From contig CAVTRN010000002.1 of NCBI GenBank assembly GCA_963737155.1, positions 2,336,001 to 2,400,000 of the forward strand: a stretch of 64,000 bases of DNA, read 5' to 3'. This document shows positions 60,718 to 64,000 of the stretch, piece by piece. The notes under the pieces were generated by a model. The model was not told the DNA's origin, did not search any database, and saw nothing but the letters and a program-made list of their open reading frames with translations. A program made the translations under genes and the position numbers. The stretch comes from Nitrospirota bacterium (GTDB lineage Bacteria > Nitrospirota > UBA9217). The stretch's first letter is position 1. Each line of letters starts with the position of its first letter.

Positions 60718-61503
60718 GTGGAAACGAAGAGAGACACGCCGGTGATCAAAGTAACCGGCAATGCAGTTGAAGGAGTCATTGACGAAGTTGCGTCGGAGCT
60801 CCCAATCAGGCTCGTCCTGAATGGTGAACCACTCGTGACACTTTTGTGCACACCTTCAGAACTTGAGGAACTAGCCATCGGATTTCTCCTTTCCGAAGGA
60901 CTGCTCCGCAGTCGATCGGCAATAACAAAACTAGATGTCGATGAACGGGAAACTACGGTGCGCATCAAACTTACCGGTCTTCCCCCTGACTTTTCCAGAC
61001 TCTTCGAGAAGCGTACCATTTCGTCCGGCTGCGGAAAGGGCGTGACCTTTACCCAGTATCGGATGGAAACGGACGGCAGAATTCAAGTCAAGGAACCGCT
61101 CATGACACTCGACGATGTCAGGCGGTTGCTCAAAAACTTCAGGGACATCTCAGCTCTCTACCTGGAGACCGGTGGGGTTCACAGTGCCGCTCTTTCAGAT
61201 GGCAAGGAAATCCTTTTCTTTTCCGAAGACATCGGCAGACATAACGCCGTGGACAAGCTTATTGGCAAGGCATTCCTGAAATCTGTCTCCGTAGAAAATA
61301 AAATCTTGCTTACCAGCGGCAGAGTTACTTCTGAAATCATGACCAAAGCGGGCAGAAACCGTTTCCCTATCCTCGTCAGCCGCGCCGCACCGTCTTGCAT
61401 GGCTATTAGCTACGCCGAGGACATGGGAATTACGCTGATTGGATTTGCCCGGGGGGACCGCATGAACATCTATACATGGCCAAAAAGAATCAAGCTCGTC
61501 TGA
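60718..61503 (+). CDS. fdhD: Formate dehydrogenase accessory sulfurtransferase (likely GTG start 60718)
   Basis: LAIGFLLSEG, SSGCG, TGGVHSAAL, EDIGRHNAVDK and TSGR. Confidence 0.93.
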   Translation: METKRDTPVIKVTGNAVEGVIDEVASELPIRLVLNGEPLVTLLCTPSELEELAIGFLLSEGLLRSRSAITKLDVDERETTVRIKLTGLPPDFSRLFEKRTISSGCGKGVTFTQYRMETDGRIQVKEPLMTLDDVRRLLKNFRDISALYLETGGVHSAALSDGKEILFFSEDIGRHNAVDKLIGKAFLKSVSVENKILLTSGRVTSEIMTKAGRNRFPILVSRAAPSCMAISYAEDMGITLIGFARGDRMNIYTWPKRIKLV

Positions 61504-61805
61504 ACCGTTTTTTAATCGCGCCAACCCCGCCCTTAGGAATCACAAGTTAAGGCATCGCATCCATTATCCCACTTGTGCAGAAAGCTGGCGTTGTAGGGAA
61601 CAAGCCCGGTTTGCAAGTCGAAAACGGAATCCTAGTTTATATCTCGTCCGCGTATGTCGTGATCTACCTGGCTAAATCCGCTTGAGTCTGGAGAGTTCGC
61701 CTGCACGCTTTACTCCTATTGAAATATCGACCGGATTCTGTTATCTTTGTTGCTCAAGTTCCTCTGGTTGGAAAGTCCGCTTTTAATTTTGTTTGAAGGA
61801 GGCAT

Positions 61806-63524
61806 ATGAGCAATCTGCACGACTTTACTGATGAACCCCTGATCGCTTATTTTTCCATGGAGATCGGCGTTAAGAATGACATCCCCACCTACAGCGGCGG
61901 CCTCGGCATTCTGGCCGGCGACACGATCAAATCAGCCGCCGACTTGGACCTTCCCCTCGTTGCAGTCACTCTTATCAGCCACAAAGGATATTTTTCCCAG
62001 CAAATCGACACCAGCGGATGGCAAAAGGAGATACCGGTCGCTTGGGACCCCGCTGCCTATATGAAGCTCCTGCCGGAGAAAGTCGTCGTTTCCATCGAGG
62101 GGAGGGATGTTTACGTTCAGGCCTGGCTCTATATCGTAGAGAGTCCCACAGGCGGCAAAGTGCCCATTCTCTTCCTTGATACCGATCTTCCCGAGAATTC
62201 GCCGGAAGATCGGGTAATTACTGATTCTTTATACGGGGGCGACAGCACATATCGCATCAAGCAGGAAATCGTGCTGGGTATGGGCGGAGTACGCATGCTT
62301 CAAACGCTCGAATTCCATATTAAAAAATTCCATATGAATGAAGGGCATGCAAGTTTCCTCGCCCTTGAGCTGCTCCTCCGGTTCAGGCGAGATATCGAAA
62401 GCGTCTGGGATGAGCGGTCGGTCTGGGACGTTGCCCGCGTCCGCGATCTCTGCGTATTTACGACACATACCCCGGTCGAAGCAGGCCATGATAAATTCCC
62501 CTATCCCCTCGTAAAACAGGTGCTCGGCGATATATTTCCCCTAGACGTGCTCAAAGACCTCGCTGGCAAAGAAAACCTGAACATGACGCTGCTTGCACTC
62601 AGCCTGAGCAAGTACGTCAACGGAGTTGCGAAAAAACACGGTGAGGTTTCCCAACATATGTTTCCCGGCTATCACATCCACGCCATCACAAACGGCGTTC
62701 ACACCTTTACCTGGACCTGTCATGACATGGCAAAACTCTTCAACAAGTACATACCGGGGTGGGCGAACGAGCCGGAGCTTTTCGTGCGTTCCGGCAGTAT
62801 TCCTGAACTGGAGCTGTGGGAAGCCCATCGCGAGGCAAAAAGAAAACTGCTGACTTATGTCGGGGAAACAACGGGCATTGTCATGGATACGAATGTCCTT
62901 ACACTTGGTTTTGCACGCCGCGCGACAGCATACAAACGACCACATCTGCTCTTTCACGATATAGACCGTCTGCTCGAAGTCAACGCGAAGGGGAGGCTCC
63001 AAATCATTTACGCGGGTAAATCGCATCCCCATGATGATAATGGAAAACGGCTGATCCAAGGGATCTACGGCTATCGCGACAAACTCAAGGGGAAAATATC
63101 CATCGCGTTCCTGTCCGGTTACGATATGGACATCGCGCTCAAACTAGTGTCAGGCGTCGATGTGTGGCTCAACACTCCGCTCAGGCCTCTTGAGGCTTCA
63201 GGCACCAGCGGCATGAAAGCCGCCCATAACGGCGTGGTTAACTTCAGTGTTCTTGATGGCTGGTGGATTGAAGGGCATATCGAGGGGTTCACCGGATGGT
63301 CCATCGGAGGACTAGCATCGGAGACGACCCTGCCGGGCATGTCAGATGTAGAGGATGCGGCGGACCTTTACATGAAGCTCGAGCAGCACATCATCCCTCG
63401 CTACTATGATCCGAACAAGAGCCACTGGAGCCGCATGATGAAGAACGCCATCAGTAAGAATGCCTACTACTTCAACAGTCACCGTATGATGAGAAGATAT
63501 GTGACGGAAGCGTATATAAGATAG
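61806..63524 (+). CDS. glgP: Alpha-glucan phosphorylase (short form)
   Basis: AYFSMEIG, YSGGLGILAGD, HMNEGH, FARRATAYKR and the PLP motif EASGTSGMK. Confidence 0.95.
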   Translation: MSNLHDFTDEPLIAYFSMEIGVKNDIPTYSGGLGILAGDTIKSAADLDLPLVAVTLISHKGYFSQQIDTSGWQKEIPVAWDPAAYMKLLPEKVVVSIEGRDVYVQAWLYIVESPTGGKVPILFLDTDLPENSPEDRVITDSLYGGDSTYRIKQEIVLGMGGVRMLQTLEFHIKKFHMNEGHASFLALELLLRFRRDIESVWDERSVWDVARVRDLCVFTTHTPVEAGHDKFPYPLVKQVLGDIFPLDVLKDLAGKENLNMTLLALSLSKYVNGVAKKHGEVSQHMFPGYHIHAITNGVHTFTWTCHDMAKLFNKYIPGWANEPELFVRSGSIPELELWEAHREAKRKLLTYVGETTGIVMDTNVLTLGFARRATAYKRPHLLFHDIDRLLEVNAKGRLQIIYAGKSHPHDDNGKRLIQGIYGYRDKLKGKISIAFLSGYDMDIALKLVSGVDVWLNTPLRPLEASGTSGMKAAHNGVVNFSVLDGWWIEGHIEGFTGWSIGGLASETTLPGMSDVEDAADLYMKLEQHIIPRYYDPNKSHWSRMMKNAISKNAYYFNSHRMMRRYVTEAYIR

Positions 63525-63559
63525 TTTTTTGAGCGCGTTGGGTCAGGAGTCGTGTGAGT

Positions 63560-63775
63560 GAAATATTGGTTCTTATCGAATGCTTCGAGGATATTCCTGT
63601 CTGGCAGAATGCGAGGGAATTTACGTGATCAACCTATCATGAAACAGACAGTGGCGCTTTTGCAAAAGTTTATTCCCTTCGAGATCCCTTGCGGCGTCCG
63701 GCAGTGTTAATCATTCTGAATATCACCTAGGGATTCGGTAAAAAACCGATAAGTAAATGAACAAACATACATCAA
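63560..63775 (+). pseudogene. Four-helix-bundle (23S rRNA IVP-like) protein remnant
   Basis: IECFEDIPVWQNAREF / FAK.YSLRDPLRRPAVLIILNIT*GFGKKTDK*, with stops. Confidence 0.65.
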
Positions 63776-64000
63776 GCTGCATGGAAATTGCGAGTTAAAA
63801 GTATCTTGCAAGTGAGCATATGCGTACTTATAACTTATGTTTAGTTGAAGAATATTTCCATTATAATTTCTCACAAAGAAAACCAGCACAAAAACGAAAA
63901 GACCTGCCCGCTTGCCACCCCTCACGCTTTATGCCTCGTAGAGGAACGCGGACAGATGTTCAACAGATCAGCCATGGCCATTACAAGCGTCGATTTGTCC

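Overview
Bacterial chromosomal window whose gene content and order resemble an anaerobic Nitrospirota/Desulfobacterota-type organism (inference from gene content only). 1-13.98 kb is an accessory, decaying region abutting the 3' end of tRNA-Arg(CCT). It holds a complete IS1634 (TIRs plus 6-bp target duplication), ISNCY and IS200/IS605 remnants, a group II intron 3' remnant, a candidate sRNA, a DUF4382 lipoprotein, an AI-2E transporter, a 7TM-PAS hybrid kinase, a phosphoribosyltransferase and an rtcA pseudogene. 14-37 kb is mostly core genome: an RpoS-like sigma factor, tRNA-Pro(CGG), an alpha/beta-hydrolase-DUF3015-DUF4105(Lnb-like) cluster, an archaeal/eukaryote-type PheRS, queA, a Na/Pi cotransporter, a CBS-domain tRNA nucleotidyltransferase, xerD and a heme-c sensor kinase/sigma-54 activator pair. 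37-50 kb is a PyrR-attenuated pyrimidine operon (pyrR-pyrB-pyrC-carA-radical SAM-carB-greA-pyrK-pyrD) interrupted by an intact tnpB-only IS200/IS605 element. 50-64 kb holds glgC, mscS, a class A beta-lactamase-fold protein with all three catalytic motifs replaced, a NikR-controlled nickel module (nikR, OM barrel, NikM/N/Q/O, FmdE) with clear GTG(T/C)TAC-N13-GTA(A/G)CAC operators, fdhD and glgP. No CRISPR array or rRNA was seen. The strongest leads are the nickel module with its His-rich ECF-ATPase fusion, the catalytically dead beta-lactamase homolog, the xenologous PheRS, the DUF3015/DUF4105 cluster and the radical SAM gene inside the pyr operon. All family calls are by eye; no searches were run.
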